A program made the position numbers and the translations under genes. Below are positions 62,061-64,000 of a DNA stretch of 64,000 nucleotides, piece by piece; positions within the stretch are counted from its first letter, which is position 1; every line of letters starts with the position of its first letter. The DNA is from an uncultured Eubacteriales bacterium (GTDB taxonomy: Bacteria; Bacillota; Clostridia; Oscillospirales; CAG-272): assembly GCA_949299535.1 (NCBI GenBank), contig CASGAQ010000005.1, positions 20,424 through 84,423 on the forward strand, written 5' to 3'. Below the pieces are notes generated by a model. The model saw only the letters and a list, made by a program, of their open reading frames with translations. It was not told where the DNA came from and did no database searches.

Positions 62061-63089
62061 TCATTTCCAGCCGTTTGAATACAGTTTTTCTCCGTCGGGC
62101 AACACCCACATCGCCTCTGCTCCGTCGATACTTTCGAGAAGTTTTTTGCCTTCTTCAAAGTTCATGCAGAAAAGTGCGGTTGAAAGAGCGTCGCCAAGTC
62201 CGGAATCAAGGCATCTTACGGATACGGACAAAAACTCATTTTCGGGCATAAGCGTGTCTTTGTCGATTATATGATGATATCTCACACCGTCGACAAAATA
62301 AAAGCGCTGATAAGCTCCGCTCGTCACAAGCGAGCCTTCGCTCATGTAAAGATATTCGATAAATGCGTTTTCTTCGTCAGATGTGTCGGGATTTTCAATG
62401 CCGACCGTCCATGGAGAACCGTCAGCACGCGCTCCGATAACTCTTACATTGCCTCCCACATTCAGAACATATCCCTCTATATCGTTAGCATGCAGATATT
62501 CCGCCACGCGCTCAACGGCATATCCTTTTGCCACAGCGCCCACGTCAAGGCTCATTTTATCGTCCAAAAGCTCCACCGTTCCCGCTTCGCGGTCTACAAC
62601 AATATCGTTTATATCGATATGCTCAGCCGCTTCAGAGAGAAGTTTGATATCCGGCAGCTCTGCTGACGACGGATCGTCCGAACCGTTTTCTCTGTATTCA
62701 TGCCAGATCGACAGCACGCTTCCCATTGCAACGTTCGTATACCCGTCTGTCAGCGAATATATCTCCTTGCAGTATTCGATAAGATCGAGTATCTTATCGT
62801 CAACTTGTACCGCAGCCTTTTGAGAGTTTATCGTGCGGATATTGTTTATGCCCAGATAAGTATGATATATATCGTAAAGTTTGTGATATTCCTCAAGCAG
62901 AGAAAATATCTGCTCACATACAGCGTCAAAATCTTCCTTATTTTTTTCATATCCGACGATAGTCGTTACCGTATCAAAATAATCGAAGCTGTACGCAGTA
63001 TATTTGTTTTTTTCATTGCCGCAGGAGCAAAAAACAAATATCAAGCTTAATACCAGTCCTGCGGCGACAAGTCTTTTTAAAACTTTCAT
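62061..63089 (-). CDS. apbE: FAD:protein FMN transferase (ApbE/FmnB) lipoprotein
   Basis: Lipobox FCSC; LDVGAVAKGY, VTSGAYQR, YHHIID, DALSTALF. Confidence 0.96.
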   Translation of the reverse strand: MKVLKRLVAAGLVLSLIFVFCSCGNEKNKYTAYSFDYFDTVTTIVGYEKNKEDFDAVCEQIFSLLEEYHKLYDIYHTYLGINNIRTINSQKAAVQVDDKILDLIEYCKEIYSLTDGYTNVAMGSVLSIWHEYRENGSDDPSSAELPDIKLLSEAAEHIDINDIVVDREAGTVELLDDKMSLDVGAVAKGYAVERVAEYLHANDIEGYVLNVGGNVRVIGARADGSPWTVGIENPDTSDEENAFIEYLYMSEGSLVTSGAYQRFYFVDGVRYHHIIDKDTLMPENEFLSVSVRCLDSGLGDALSTALFCMNFEEGKKLLESIDGAEAMWVLPDGEKLYSNGWK

Positions 63090-63188
63090 TTCCCACCGTT
63101 CCCGCCGTTTTGTAAAATAGAATTTTTCGTTTGAAAAATGCATAAAATTATGAGGAGATTCTTCTCCTCATATTTTATTATTCATAAT

Positions 63189-64000
63189 TCAGTCTGCCGC
63201 TTTTACCATAGCTTTTACCATATCGGAAACATATATCGTACAGCCTACGCTCTGAACATCGCTGCTGCCGTAACCTTCATCGGAAACAAGCGACATTATC
63301 TCGGAAGCAGTTTTGCCTACGCAGATGTCTTCAAGAGCTTTTGCCTGCTCATACCATTCTTTGACAACGCCGTCGCCGTTGCGGTCGGAGCCGTATTTTG
63401 CCATACCGTAGCTGTCGCCTTTTTCCTTCTTGGAAAGAATATTTGCAGATACGTCGAGAGTGGAAGCGCCTTTTACATCAAAAGTAAATTTTGCTTCGGA
63501 ATAGTCGATGGACATTGCGATGACCTTGTCGTCTTCACCGAGAAGAGTGCCTGCAAAAACAGTATCTATCTGATTTACGCCGTCGGCGTCTGATGTCGCG
63601 TTCTTGCTGCTCTTACCGAAAGAAACTATACCTAGTTCCACATCGGCTTCTCTGTCAGCCTTGCAGGAAACAGCGTTTGTAAATGCTTTCTCAATGGCTT
63701 TTATAAAATCGGAGACTGCAATAGTACAGCCTGCATTTATGACTTCGTCAATGCCGTAGCCGTCTTCTGCCGCAAGAGCTTTTACCTCTTCAAGAGTTTT
63801 GCCTTCTGCAGCCTCTTCAAAAGCGTCTGCCTGCTCGTTCCATTCTTTAACAACGCCGTCGCCGTTGCGGTCGGAACCGTACTGCGACATACCGTAGCCT
63901 GCGCCGGCTTCGTCTTTGGTCTTAAAATCGCCGACAGCTACATATTCACCGCCGATTGTATACTCGCCTTTGTTGTCGGCAGAGTCTATTTCAATGTCAA
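63189..64000 (-). CDS. Repeat-domain PplA/FMN-binding-like extracellular protein; 5' end outside window
   Basis: Two ~162-aa repeats with K..YGM...EW.EQA..E...GKT and GCTI motifs; adjacent to apbE. Confidence 0.72.
   Translation of the reverse strand, partial: DIEIDSADNKGEYTIGGEYVAVGDFKTKDEAGAGYGMSQYGSDRNGDGVVKEWNEQADAFEEAAEGKTLEEVKALAAEDGYGIDEVINAGCTIAVSDFIKAIEKAFTNAVSCKADREADVELGIVSFGKSSKNATSDADGVNQIDTVFAGTLLGEDDKVIAMSIDYSEAKFTFDVKGASTLDVSANILSKKEKGDSYGMAKYGSDRNGDGVVKEWYEQAKALEDICVGKTASEIMSLVSDEGYGSSDVQSVGCTIYVSDMVKAMVKAAD

Noticed and set aside
61946-62251. ORF 61946-62251 as transposase
   Set aside because: Starts within the MITE, runs antisense into apbE, and has no DDE or HUH motif.

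Overview
Chromosomal segment of an anaerobic Clostridia-class firmicute (Oscillospirales-like by gene content; inference), mostly housekeeping. Minus strand: rpoB-rpoC, an L7Ae-family gene, rpsL-rpsG-fusA-tuf, and an FMN-riboswitch-controlled ECF S-component. Plus strand: alaS and rpmG-secE-nusG-rplK-rplA. Also present: purA, a four-subunit electron-bifurcating-type [FeFe]-hydrogenase operon, a Crp-family/ABC module, galE, dut, asnA, a lysine-riboswitch dapA-dapB-lysA-lysC operon and wecB. An rnfCDGEAB operon is extended by EetA/EetB-like genes and converges on apbE and a repeat FMN-binding-type protein. The most unusual region is 17.2-19.4 kb, a tRNA-Ser integration hotspot. There a consensus promoter drives three 41-nt copies of the 5' half of tRNA-Ser(UGA), spaced by 149-160 bp modules with att-arm-like repeats, before the only intact tRNA copy. 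Next come an integrase remnant, an orphan 3' tRNA half and a chimeric ORF. Other accessory items: a 239-bp MITE that duplicated a 27-bp terminator palindrome, and a ~1.5 kb insertion with a REP-like doublet, a GC-rich multi-hairpin and an XRE regulator. All calls come from reading the sequence by eye; no database searches were run.
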